The notes under the pieces: model-generated
The model's database searches: none
What the model saw: the letters and a program-made list of their open reading frames with translations, nothing else
What the model was told of the DNA's origin: nothing
Made by a program: the position numbers and the translations under genes
Shown: piece after piece, positions 1 to 12,412 of the stretch
Layout: the number at the start of each line of letters is the position of its first letter
How positions within the stretch are numbered: position 1 is the stretch's first letter
NCBI RefSeq assembly: GCF_003918875.1
Contig: NW_025766981.1
Coordinates: 682,001-746,000, forward strand
Length of the DNA stretch: 64,000 nucleotides
Direction of reading: 5' to 3'
DNA from: Haliotis rubra
Lineage: Eukaryota

Positions 1-207
1 GAATCGGAAAATTAAACCTTCTTGTAGCTTCTTTTCAGGAGAAAGTTAAGACATTGCTGACGATATCTCGACACTGAAATGTTTTATAGCGACATGTTGA
101 CAATCAACTGACAAAGGTGCACCCCTTCACAATAATAGACCAAACCAGTTGTGACACGGTCACGCAGTGCATTAGTATTCAGTTGATCAGGTCAAGCTGG
201 ATGAGTT

Positions 208-1185
208 GTACATGCTGCGTCTATTTACGGCTCGGACGGAAAGGAGCATGTGTAAGTTGCCTATGGGAACCAGACAATCGTCAAGTTGTTGTTGTCATGA
301 TATCCACATATCATATAACTTACCAATGACACATTATCAGCCGGTTCACTTTTCCAGGACGATTGTGTCACCATGGTACACGAATACCATGATATAGTGT
401 CAACCTTCTTATTGAAGAAACGTTCCTGTCCTAACTAGCACAAGCAATAAACAGTCACTGAGTGGTCTGTTCTTATTTACACACCAAGATATCAGTTTCA
501 TTGCATGCTACATTGTATTTCTGTCACAGCGGCAGTAACAACCTTCGCCTCAAGCGTTTTAACATATCACATTTCCTGACCATCTTCAAATTATGAAAGT
601 ATGCATTACAAATCATAAGATATATGTTTTGTGTCTGCATAGTGATTCTATGTATATCATACAATGGGCATAATGAATACGTGCGATAGAATTTAAACAG
701 TTCAAGTCTATAATCATAGTAGCACCAGTTTTGATACCTGCAATCGAGTACAGATGTCCCCAAACATATTTGGGTTATCATAGTCTGGATTCACGTGACA
801 AATGTTATCACAAGTGTTTAGTCGGCCAGTGTGGCAATTTACTCCTGGGACGGATGGGCTACCCTTTGATGGTTAAGCAGAAGACACGGGTTCGATTCCC
901 CACATGGGTACAATGTGTGAAACCCATTTTCGTTGTACCCCCACCTTGATATTGCTGGAATATTGCTAAAACCGGCGTCAAACTAAAGTAACACAGTCAC
1001 TAATTTAAATGAAGGTATCGAGACGTCAAGGCTGATTATATCACGGAGAACATCAACAAAGTTGATTATGAAACACTACCTATCATTGTCATTATGTACC
1101 AACAATACTCAATAAAAGTAGCATGGTCCCTAGTATGGTGATCTACCTTCAGTTGTTGGCGATCTTTAGCCCATTTTACATTGTA
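208..1185. repeat. Segmental duplicate of 10515-11500
   Basis: Near-identical ~1 kb sequence upstream of copies 1 and 2. Confidence 0.9.
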
Positions 1186-1397
1186 TTGTCCAAACATGCT
1201 TTTCTACTTTTAAAGATATATGCTAGCTAGTTTTAACTCAATCTGTGATACTCTAGTAATTTTACTGTCCTTCGTTGACAGGGTTTTATATATTATATGT
1301 ATGTATTATGAATTTAGAACTAGTTTTAGTCACGATATGGCTGAAAAATTGCCAATGTGACTTTAAATTTTAACTCACTCACTCACTCACTCAATAA

Positions 1398-1607
1398 AAG
1401 TAGTAAAATAGGTTTTGGTTTCTTATTTGTAAATTATCCTGGAGTCTCAGAGAATATTTCATATATTCTTTCGGTGAGCATATCGGCTACTTCCAGTATG
1501 CTTGTGCTCCATTCAACACAGGCACTGGTGATTCCATCCACACAGTTGCAAGCAGGAGCCAATGTCCTACACGCCCTGAACAACACTGACCTCGTGCTTT
1601 TCTCGTG
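1398..1607 (+). pseudogene. Decayed remnant of the 3' part of SLC46 exon 1
   Basis: Reads ...IGYF/SMLVLHSTQALVIP...QAGANVLHALNNTDLVLFS, matching copy 5/6 ...IGYFN...GIP...QAGAYVLHGxANTDLMLFM with deletions. Confidence 0.7.
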
Positions 1608-1610
1608 GAA

Positions 1611-1860
1611 GACCCGTGATGATCCGGGGTAGAATAGGTCTTCAGCAACCCATGCTTGCCACAAAAGGCGACTATGCTTGTCGTAAGAGGCGACTAATGG
1701 GATCGGGTGGTCAGGTTCGCTGACTTGGTTGACACATGTCATCGGTTCCCAATTGCGCAGATCGATGCTCATGCTGTTGATCACTGAATTGTCTGATCCA
1801 GACGCGATTATTTACAGACCACCGCCATATAGCTGGAATATTGCTGACTATGGCGTAAAA
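1611..1860 (+). mobile_element. SINE family B (non-tRNA head GACCCGTGAAGATCCGGG)
   Basis: Multi-copy ~250-bp element ending ...atattgctgagtgcggcgtaaaac(tcac)n. Confidence 0.8.
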
Positions 1861-2628
1861 AGTGTTGATAACATGATTTTACACAATTGCACAAGTAAAA
1901 AGTCGACTTCACCTGAAAATGTTGATTTTGATGAGATTTCTTACAAGGATTAAAAAGGCAACCAAAAACATCTTCCAGTTGAAATTGTGCAGCAAAGAGC
2001 ATGCACTGTCTGGCTATCAAAATCCAGATTACTTTCGGAAACCGGCATTCGTTTTGAAGGAGTTTCAATGCCAAATCACTACGCCACGTCTTGAATCTGC
2101 GACACGGAACATCACCATTGAAAGAATACATGCTGGAGATTACCAATCTTCTGTTGCCAGGCGTCTGAATGTTAGTCTGAGCACGATATCACGGCTTGCG
2201 GCTCGTTACAACCAAACAGGTATAACAAATGACCGTCCTCGTACGGGCAGAGCTCGAGTCACCACTGCAGCCCAAGATCGGAACATCCGGGTACTACATT
2301 TGCGTGTTCGTACTGCCACGGGTGAGAGCACAGCAGCCAGGGTGCCTGAACTTCGGAAGATATCCGGTCAAACTGTACGGAACAGGTTGAGAGAGATTGG
2401 ACTGAGAGCCAGGAGACCCGACGTCGGGGCCGTGCTACGTCGTCACCATCGCGTTCAACGGATCCGTTATCTAAAATTATCCACTTGGTTGTATAGACAT
2501 TTCCTTCTTCTAAACCGATGTAAACATTCATGTACTAAAGTCTATTTGTGAACGAGTTATACATGTTTAAAAATACAACATTTTCGCAACAGATTTCTGG
2601 TCTATGCGTTTCTTTTTGGGATAGTATA
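1860..2628 (+). mobile_element. Truncated Tc1/mariner transposon (N-terminal HTH part of the transposase)
   Basis: ORF 1919-2551: PRL...SVARRLNVSLSTISRL...DRPRTGRARVTTAAQDRNIR...ISGQTVRNRLREIGLRARRP; no DDE domain; right end ctatgcgtttctttttgggatagtata. Confidence 0.85.
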
Positions 2629-2730
2629 TTTTGCACCTTCAATAATTCTTATTCAACATCACCACAGCTTCAATTCCCCAAAATGAGTAGTTGATGTCAC
2701 AATTGCTAACTCTGATGTATACTCAAGACA

Positions 2731-2894
2731 AGGGGCGGTGGAGTAGCCTAGTGGTTAAAGCGTTCGCTCGTCACGCCGAAAATCCGAGTTCTATTCCCCA
2801 TATGGGTACAATATGTGAAGCCCATGTCTGGTGTCCCCGCCGTGATATTGCTGGAATATTGATAACAGCGGCGTAAAACCAAACTCACTCACTC
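2731..2894 (+). mobile_element. SINE family A (tRNA-derived, Asp-like head)
   Basis: A box tagcctagtgg, B-box-like segment, gtc anticodon-like loop, tail shared with family B. Other copies at ~848, 5781(-), 11157, 12472, 21263, 39130, 62082(-), 62662. Confidence 0.8.
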
Positions 2895-3929
2895 TTAATT
2901 TATTCTATTTGCCTTTGTGCATATGCAACATAAGTGAACAAATATTCCTATTGGTGTCAAAGTACTCTTTCCAATCTCGTGAATGTGGTGTAGAAGACAC
3001 AGGTGTCATTCGATTGTGTAATCCCACATTATCATTTCTTATCTCCATTTTGTGTGCAAAATATATAAAATGGCATGTATCCAGCTAGGGTCCATGCACG
3101 TATCAAAAGTACTGTAAGTCCTTGTGGTCCCTGGTATGATGAGCTACCTTCAGTTGCTGGCGATACTCAGCCCGTTTATATATTGTTGTATTGTCCCAAT
3201 TTGAAATCTAATTTTAGAGAAAGATGCTAGTTTTAATTCTTGATACTGTGATATTCTAATTAGTTTTACTGTCCTTCGTTGACAGGTTTTAAAATATATA
3301 TACTTATCATGAATTTATAACTAGTTTTGGTCACGATATGACTGAAATACTGTCGCTGTGACTATAAACTTTAACTCACTCACTCACTCATTCACTCACT
3401 ATAAATGTGATACACATAAAGTGTGAAAAGTTATGGATGTCAACAACAACAACAACAACAAGTCCTTCATTGGGTGAGCTTTCATTTATTTCTTTTCGAT
3501 CCAGTTGAATCTGTGCTTAATTGATAAACAAAACAAAACATCATTTCTAACTAGTTGAAATTATGAGCAGCAAACCACTGCATGTCTTGGAAATATATTC
3601 AGGTTACATTCCAAAATGACAAGGCATTCTACAATTCACACTCAAGATTACTTCATGGTATTTGCCAGCAACACGCAACCCTGACGTCTTTATCACAGCC
3701 TCTTTAGCATGTGATCATTTCACATATCTACACAGCTTATCGATTAATGTTAAAGATGCTGCACCACTGTGACATCACTTATTATCTCATGTATCACATG
3801 GCCATTACATCGATATATGTTAGGTCAATGGGTTGCGCCATTAAATGCACCGCGCATGTATCAGGGTAACTTGTTGGGGCAGGAGACGCAAGCTAGGCCA
3901 CAATCTCCTGGATGAGCATCGGGACAAAC

Positions 3930-6731
3930 ATGGAGTCCACACCGCTTCTTGAAAACAAGGCTAAAGAAGAGAAGTCTAAGCTTAGAAATCTACTCAAGGC
4001 CAACATTGTGTTTCTTGTTTACCATCTGTCTATCAATGTCCATGATCCAGTGTTAACACAATACCTTTACCAGAGGTACTCCGAGGAGGTGTTCGACAAC
4101 AGCACAAAGTCAGCCAGTACTGCTAATCAAACATCCAAGTGTTTACGTCAATGAGTCGGATCCAGGATACCTGTTACAGGAAAGGGTTCAGGATCTTACT
4201 TCCAACTGTCAAACAATACCTCACAGCCATCGGAAGCTCTGGGGCGGTAATTAGTTGTATGTTCTTGGGGGCGTATTCTGATTTTCTTGGTCGACGATTT
4301 CTCTTCATATTACCTTTAGTCGGCCAGGTTCTGAAGTATGTACTGATGACACTTGTTATTTACTGGAATCTGGATCTGAAATACCTGTACATTGGCGAGG
4401 TGTTTGAAGGTGTTTCGGGGATATAATGGTACGATTTTGGCTAGCTATGCCTACACGGCTGACAATACACCACCTAAGAACTCACGGACAATTGGCATCG
4501 CTTTGATAGATTTCACGACCTACCTAGCAGCCGCAGCTTCCCAAGTTATTACCGGATTCTTCATCAAAGACCTAGGTTACCTCTACCCGTCCATAACTAC
4601 GACTTCGCTAATGCTTCTGTCACTAATCCTTGTCGTTGTTCTTCTCCCTGAAACTATCAACAAAGATAGAAGATCCCAGTACCCATCTCCGGGTGAAGGC
4701 AGTAAAAAATGTTTTGGATTCTACTTTTCAAAAGATTTTGGACAAACAAGAAGTCTTTTCTGGCTTTCGCTGACAGCGTATTTCATAACATATTTTAGTT
4801 TGAATGGTGTCTTCTTTTCTGGAATATCTTTTCCAGCTGAACCTGCCTTTCTGTTGGGGACCAGAGCTCATCGGCTATTTCAATATGGCGTTGGCCCTTT
4901 CCAGACAAATGCTTGGGATTCCAGTTATCAAACTATTCCATCTGTGCACCTCAGACCCAGAGATATGTATCATAACATCTGTCATACTGGCCGGATCCTA
5001 CGTCCTAAATGGTGTGGCCAAGACTGATCTGATGCTTTTCATGTGTAAGTCACCATTGCAGTAACGAACGCGAATAATCTTCACTGTGATAACTTTAAGT
5101 TAGCCCAAAGCACAGTCATGATCTTCCTGTGTAAGTCATGCTACATCTTCAGAAGACATTACATATTAACACCGTTGAGTTTTGCTGTTGTGTAAAGTGG
5201 ATTGTTTGTTGCAGCTGTTTTGCCAAATGGTATTGCAGCTCCTTTGTTGCCAGCACTGCGGGCTATCATGTCACGGATGGCCCCTCACAAAATGCAGGGT
5301 GAGTATGCAGGTACATTTTGATGGACTTGTCAGGCTTGCAAACAGAATGAAAACATGGATCCTCGTAGACAGATATGAATGGATATTGACACCCTTTGCA
5401 ATCAAATGCATATGCCATAGATTTTACAGATAAACAATCAGACGAATTGCATGTGGTGATAATTGAGAGAACATTCCATACATAATTTTCATAATTTTAG
5501 AAACCATATTAGAAATGATCTTAATTATACCCTCAACCTGTGCTTATGGGCCATGATTAAATAGGACTTGATAACGTCTCTATGGTGATCCTATCTCAGT
5601 GGTGGCACTCTTTACAACGACAACCACATGATTTCCAACATGCAAAGGAGAGCCACAAATTCTTCCTTTTGTGCTGGTATGAGAAGCATAACTAGACAAA
5701 CCTTTCGTCTCTGAAATGAACATATTTTACAGAAAAACGTTCATAAATAATAATCATAAAATATAAGGAAAGGAACACTGTTCCAGCAACATAACGTTCT
5801 GACACCAGAAATGGGCTTCACACATTGTTCCCATGTGGGAAATTGAACCCGGTTCTTAAGCGGGACGAGCGAACGATTCAACCACTAGACTACCCCACCG
5901 CCCCTTCTCTGAAATGAATATATTTTACAGAAAGACGGTTCATACATAATAATCATAAAATATAAGAGAAAGGAGCCCTGAGGCTTTCTCCATTATCAGA
6001 AACTATGGTAATCCAGACTAGCCATATATTCTCGACTTGCATGGGTTTCCTTGTATATATTTGTTTCAAGGTCTGTATGACAGACTAAGGTATAACCATC
6101 AATTTATTTACACACAGCAGACCTTCTACTGATTTAAAAGGAAATCAGGTAAACTGATTCTATTTTGGATCCTTACTTAAGAAATCTACAGATCATTAGA
6201 CTATAACACATGCATTACAATGATGAAATCATGTGTTTCTGAAAACGCTATCAAATAGTGATTGTAACATGTAAACGATAGGGTGAGTATATCTTCCTCC
6301 AATAGTGAACATTAATTTCAGGATCACTTTTGCGGGTATCGGACTTGTGAACATCATCTCATCAGGTACAGGGGGTAACAGTTTTCAACGAGATATATAA
6401 TGCCACTGTGAAGATGCTCCGTGGTTTTGCCTTCTTCGCCAGTGCAGGATGTCAACTGTTGTGTGCAGTTATCATGATGTGAGTAAAGTTTATTTGGTTC
6501 TAAATGTCCACAGAAAATGGTAAGGACCACCTTCATCTCGTATACAGAGTCAGTGTTTGTACCCACTTAGATGCTTGCAAGAAGTAACAGTTAGAGGTCA
6601 CATCGTGCAAATGGAAAATATTGAGATATTTACCACAAACATATTCCCTGTGTTGCAGAGTATTCTTGTATACCTCCCGCCGCGGGATTGTAACTGATAT
6701 CTCCACTGTTGCCATCAACGACAACGACTAA
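3930..6731 (+). pseudogene. SLC46A3-like: SLC46-family transporter copy 1; frameshifted (pseudogene or assembly error). Exons 3930-5044, 5215-5298, 6322-6478, 6659-6731
   Basis: Collinear with copies 2-7 (MESTPLL..., GAYSDFLGRR, LPFCWGPELIGY) but split over ORFs 3912/4139/4392/4804 by small indels; GT-AG sites at homologous positions; TAA at 6729-6731. Confidence 0.8.
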
Positions 6732-7669
6732 ACGCCAAGCCCCATCATCTACCAACACAAGTGTGTCACCGACACGACCATGTGGTATCCGTTGTTGATG
6801 TTGTCGTCAAGGAACTAGGATGACACTGAGTTATTACTCTTAAAATGAACCTGTCAATACAGGGACCTTATTAGTTCATAACCTAATTCTCAGGAACGTT
6901 TTGTATATTTGGAATTAAAGCTTTAATGCATCATGAGATTTCTTTGGGGAGGGTGATCAGTGCTTTCGGGAGTATCAGTATCAAACTAATTGTAGTTTGG
7001 CTATAGAGTGTGTCTGGTGTGGGTCGGAGAGGCTTGTAAAACTTGAAACAGCAAAATTACCTTTTGATATAGAAAACACATGGACTGTATTTACCATAAC
7101 AGCCATGAAAATAAAAGAGAGACTCATCAAAACCAACTCCAAATTGTCAATAGCATGAGGGATTACAATGGCTTCAGTAAAGGAAGGCATAAGTAATCGG
7201 CTTGATACTTTACCTTTCAGAAACGGGGTGGGAAAAACTTCATTCATTATTTTTTGGAAAATAGATGACTGCTCTTTGTTCATGTCGGAATTTTGGGTAC
7301 AAAGTATCACTAACACTAAGCATAATCAGCATGACAGGCACAGCTTTGGAATTGAAACTGTAAATCGAAAATACTTTCTTGCAACAAAACGGCCAAGATT
7401 TTTAAGCTGTCCGCCTGGCATTTCGTATCTCATTTCACTATTCTTATTTTAATCATGCATTAAATGTGATCTTGTTAAATTTTTTGAAAATGTTATTCAA
7501 ATCCTTTGGCCAATAGGCCAAAGTTATGTACCTAAATTACAGTTGCTGGTTCCTTATTTCAAGACGTTAGCAAACACCGTTGGGGCATGTTTAATGGCAA
7601 TACATTGATGTGAACCGATATGATAGCTAATATTTTACAACACGAGAAGTGTTTAGGGAATTAATGATT

Positions 7670-8258
7670 TTCACCTACGTCACCGACTTGCTACAGCAGC
7701 GGACACTGCAGGACAGGTGCCTGGTCTTCGAATAATTTCCGACCAACCATCAGAAATCGTCTGAGAGAAGTCGGACTTCGAGCATATCGACCAAAAGTTA
7801 CGACCTGTCCTGACACGACGACAGGTGACACGACGACTCGTGTAACAGGTGCCCTAGCCTTCCAAATAGCCTGATCTGAACCCGATCGAGCATCGTCTAT
7901 GGACGAACTTGATCGACATGTCAGGAAACGTCACCATCGTCCTCAGACACTTGCAGAACTTATCAACGCGTTGCAGGAGGAATGGCAAAGAAGTCCCCAA
8001 GGAAAAATCCGACGACTTGTGCAATCCCTTCCAAGCAGTGACGGTTGTAAGGGGTGGTGCCACCAGTACTGACCTGAACGCTCCCTTGTGTTCACCCATG
8101 TGCAGTGAGCAAACTGAATTAATGCTGACAATGACAACAATACATATGTTCACCTCTTTGTAGAATTTCATTCATCTATGTTCAAGCTTAATCGACTTAA
8201 ATACGGTTAATACATTTCCTAATTTTTAGCCTATGCGTTTCTTTTTAAGAATGTGGAT
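7670..8258 (+). mobile_element. Degenerate Tc1 transposase remnant
   Basis: IRNRLREVGLRA segment, PDLNPIEH motif at ~7870-7893, right end similar to 2602-2628. Confidence 0.8.
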
Positions 8259-8264
8259 AAAGAA

Positions 8265-8435
8265 GTGAGTTAGTTAATGATTATGGTTTTACGCGCCGCT
8301 TTTAGCAATATTCCAGCAATATCACGGCAGGAGGACACCAGAAATGGGCTTCACACATTCTACCCATGTGGGGAATCGAACCCGGTCCTCGGCGTGACGA
8401 GCGAACGCTTTAACACCGGCACCATTCACCGCCCC
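8265..8435 (-). mobile_element. SINE family A
   Basis: Reverse complement with B box ggttcgattcc. Confidence 0.75.
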
Positions 8436-8932
8436 TGTAGATAAAGAAAGATGTACAAAGGAAAAATAACGTTCTATTTTATATCTGTTTATGTTAACAG
8501 CGTCCTATCTAAAAAATGCATTTAACAAAGCACTGAATAATTACAAAAACATGACACATGTCAACAAGGAATGCAACAGTTTATGCCTCGTGGGTATGCA
8601 TGCATCGCTACATTAATCATTTCATCATGGGCATGACCATATGTCTACATGTTGTATGTATGTATCTGAGAGTACAAATTCGTCTGAAATTCAAATACAT
8701 CTCAGAGAGTATATTTCCAGTAGTCCAGAACAATCAGTATTTAGTTTTTAGGTCATGAAGTACTTTGCGGACTCATTATGTCAGCAACTTATATTCAATT
8801 TGATTAATTAAGGAGGCATGCAGGTATTCAGTGTTATATGCCAGCTTGATATATGCTGGTTGAAGCAGCATATTTATAAAAATCACTGCAAGTTATGTAA
8901 GATCAAACATTGCACAATAAACAGTTACCCTT

Positions 8933-9170
8933 ACCCGTGAAGATCCTAACCCGATAGAATTAATCTTCAGTAACCCATGCTTTTAAGAGGCGACTAACGG
9001 GATCGGGCGATCAGGCGCGCTGACTTAGTTGACCAAGTCATCGTATCCCAATTGCGAAGTCGATGCTCATGATGCTGATCACTGGAGTGTCTGGTCCAGA
9101 TGCGATTATTCACAGACCGCCGCCATTTAGCTGAAATATTGCTGAGTGCGGCGTTAAACAACAAACCAAC
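8933..9170 (+). mobile_element. SINE family B
   Basis: Homologous to 26406-26673. Confidence 0.75.
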
Positions 9171-9992
9171 CCACAGTTACACCATTAATCTGCGATTGCA
9201 ACGATATCAAAATCTTATGCTGTTCATGAATGACTATCAAATAGTGATGATATCAGGGATTGTTCAAGGAAAGTAGAGAACCGCATAAGACATCACTTTG
9301 GTCACCGAGTGTCTAAATTAGAGGTTTTCTCCCATTGCTACCATGCAACTTTTTGAAAACAATATTAACGCCTTAGATGGTGTAACCTGGATCAAAGAAA
9401 CGTTTGAGCAAGTGCAACAAGTTCACAGTGCGTGGCATGCCGGCAAGAGCCCCTAAGAAGGTCTGAAAACATAGTTACAAAGATGTTGCTGCTAAAGCAT
9501 GGCTTCACTCAGGCAAGAGAGTCAGGGGAAAGGTTGACTTTGCAAGTCTTCACACAGATTTTCATGAATATGTATACAGAGATCTTAGAATGTTCAGAAG
9601 AATAAATGAGTGGTACATGATTGGCTGTTTGGCCATTAGTGAGCAATATCAGATCATCCATATACCAGAAACCCAATTTCAGAATTGGGTGAATGCACAA
9701 AAGCCATTTGGAAAGTGATAGGTGTAGCATGTTTGCAGCACACCAAGTCAGCCATCTAACCCACTCAGCCGACATGATTTTTAAAAACGGAAGTCGGACA
9801 ACTGGCAGTTTAGTTGCCTGACTCTGAAAGTGTGGGTTCTGAATCAACCCAAAATGAACTAGAATCTATACTTTTACTGAAAAAGTGTAATCCCAAATAT
9901 ATAGCATATGTCCCTTGTTTTGTGTTTGCCAGTCAGATCAGGATCCGATTCTGATTCCTATGTAAATGCATACGGTCAGCTTTTGCTTGCAG

Positions 9993-10145
9993 GATCACTG
10001 TTTGCCGGAGTTGGGCTTATGAACATCCTCCTCAGCAGGGTTAGGAGTAACAGCTTTCAACGTATGATGCAACTGTAAAGATATTCCGTGGTTTCGCCTT
10101 CCTCGTCTGTGCTGCTTGTCATTTGTTGGCGATGGTTATCATAGT
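9993..10145 (+). pseudogene. Orphan, frameshifted SLC46 exon 3
   Basis: ttgcag|GATCACTGTTTGCCGGA...ATCATAGT|gtgag; 153 nt versus 157 nt; no exon 1 or 2 found upstream. Confidence 0.8.
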
Positions 10146-10482
10146 GTGAGTATATGAATGGTCATTAGTAAATATTCAGGAAAAATGTGCAGGATTTATT
10201 ATTTGCCGTTTGTTATTACTGAGTCGTTCAATGTCAGTACCCACATTACATAGTGTTAACGAATTACCTTTAAAAGGTGTCCAGTCACGTCGAACATCTG
10301 ATGTCATCTGTGTGGTATATCTGTTCTACGTAGTTTTAGTATTTTTACTAGTTTTAGACTTCACTGAATAACAAATACGATCACATGTGTATCGACGTTT
10401 TACAGCTGAAATATGCCTGTTTTTCTCTCATCCAGTGAAGCAAACACTTGTCACAAACTCATATATATTTTCTTTCTTGCAA

Positions 10483-10636
10483 GGTGTTTGTATGTTTGTC
10501 ACAACCGCACCATCGTACATGCTGCGTCTATTTACGGCTCGGACGGAAAGGAGCATGTGTAAGTTGCCTATGGGAACCAGACAATCGTCAAGTTGTTGTT
10601 GTCATGATATCCACATATCATATAACTTACCAATGA
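10483..10636 (+). pseudogene. Orphan SLC46 exon-4-like segment (VFVCLSQ...)
   Basis: Begins like exon 4 (VFLCISR); the homologous acceptor reads ttgcaa instead of ttgcag. Confidence 0.55.
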
Positions 10637-11498
10637 CACATTATCAGCCGGTTCACTTTTCCAGGACGATTGTGTCACCATGGTACACGAAAACCATGAT
10701 ATAGTGTCAACCTTCTTATTGAAGAAACGTTCCTGTCCTAACTAGCACAAGCAATAAACAGTCACTGAGTGGTCTGTTCTTATTTACACACCAAGATATC
10801 AGTTTCATTGCATGCTACATTGTATTTCTGTCACAGCGGCAGTAACAACCTTCGCCTCAAGCGTTTTAACATATCACATTTCCTGACCATTTTCAAATTA
10901 TGAAAGTATGCATTACAAATCATAAGATATATGTTTTGTGTCTGCATAGTGATTCTATGTATATTATACAATGGGTATAATGAATACGTGCGATAGAATA
11001 GTTAAACAGTTCAAGTCTATAATCATAGTAGCACCAGTTTTGATACCTGCAATCGAGTACAGATGTCCCCAAACATATTTGGGTTATCATAGTCTGGAGT
11101 CACGTGACTAATGTTATCACAAGTGTTAAGTCGGTAAGTGTGGCAATTTACTCCTGGGGACGGATGGGCTACCCTTTGATCGTTAAGCAGAAGACACGGG
11201 TTCGATTCCCCACATGGGTACAATGTGTGAAGCCCATTTCCGTTGTACCCCTACCTTGATACTGCTGGAATATTGCTAAAACCGGCGTCAAACTAAAGTA
11301 ACACAGTCACTAATTTAAATGAAGTTATCGAGACGTCAAGGCTGATTACATCACGGAGAACATCTGTAATCTACTAAGTTGCTTATGAAACACTTCCTAT
11401 CATTGTCATTATGTACCAACAATACTCAATAAAAGTAGCATGGTCCCTAGTATGGTGATCTACCTTCAGTTGTTGGCGATCTATAGCCCATTTTTACA

Positions 11499-11785
11499 TT
11501 TTTGTCCTAAAATTAAAAAAGTTGTTAAACAATCTATCTTTAAGATATTGACACAGTTCACTATTTGTTACGAGGGAGGAGGGCAGAGAAAGGGACAGCC
11601 AGGTGTTCGAGAACGGATGGAGACGGCACAGCACAGGTTAATGAATAAATAACTTTGTCTGTGAACGCGCTTCTCGAACACCTGGCTGTCCCTTTCTCTG
11701 CACTCCTCCCTCGTAACAAATACTGAACTGTGTCAATATTTTAATGATAGTTTGTTAAACAACTTCATTATTTTTAGGACAAAAA
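11499..11785. mobile_element. Foldback/MITE with ~115-bp inverted arms
   Basis: 11499-11613 is reverse-complementary to 11671-11785. Confidence 0.8.
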
Positions 11786-11920
11786 TTCTGCAAAAACCTC
11801 ACAGAGTTGGTATGATGTTTTGATTATGATCAGCGTTTCATTGAGTATGTTATGTTTATTAGTTTTCGAGTTAGATTGCAATTCATCGGTCCGCTTTTCA
11901 GCCAAACGGACTATAGTAGA

Positions 11921-12092
11921 AAGTAGTAAAATCGCTTTTGGTTTCTTATGGGTAAATGATTCAGAGTCTCCGAGAATATTTCATATATACTTTCGGTGAG
12001 GTGATCTACACACTACCTTTGAATATCTCACACTCTAGAGCATATCGGCTACTTCAGTATGCTTGTGCTCCATTCCATACAGTTACTGGTGA
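11921..12092 (+). pseudogene. Decayed SLC46 exon-1 remnant (paralog of 1398-1530)
   Basis: gagcatatcggctacttcagtatg resembles gagctcatcggctatttcaatatg; also tttgaatatct (EYL). Confidence 0.55.
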
Positions 12093-12180
12093 CTGATTTG
12101 TTTCAAGGTTTGTGTGACAGATTATTCTTGTACATACATTTAAGGATGTGTGAGCAGGTATATTCTTTACTATTTGTTGT

Positions 12181-12412
12181 ACCCGTAAAGATCCGGGTTA
12201 CAACACATGCTTGTCGTAAGAGGCGACTAACGGGATCGGGTGGTCAGGCTCGCTGACTTGGTTGACACATGTCATCGTATCCCAATTGCATAGATCGATG
12301 CTCATGCTGTTGATCACTGGATTGTCTGGTCCAGACTCGATTATTTACAGACCGCCGCCATATAGCTGGAATATTGCTGAGTGCGGCGTAAAACTAAACT
12401 CACTCACTCACT
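12181..12412 (+). mobile_element. SINE family B
   Basis: Homologous body and (tcac)n tail. Confidence 0.8.

Noticed and set aside
117-397. Short ORFs repeated at 10387-10704 as a novel small gene
   Set aside because: Explained by segmental duplication of a pseudo-exon-4/3' UTR; non-ATG starts and no independent coding evidence.
2731-2800. tRNA-Asp gene
   Set aside because: SINE head continuing into a repeat body and tail; many degenerate copies.
3912-3929. Upstream in-frame ATG extension (MSIGTN) in copy 1
   Set aside because: Not conserved; the aaacATGG/accATGG start is shared by all copies.
11099-11108. Perfect CLEAR/TFEB motif GTCACGTGAC
   Set aside because: 2.2 kb from copy 2, changed in the duplicate (~789) and not seen before the other copies; likely chance.
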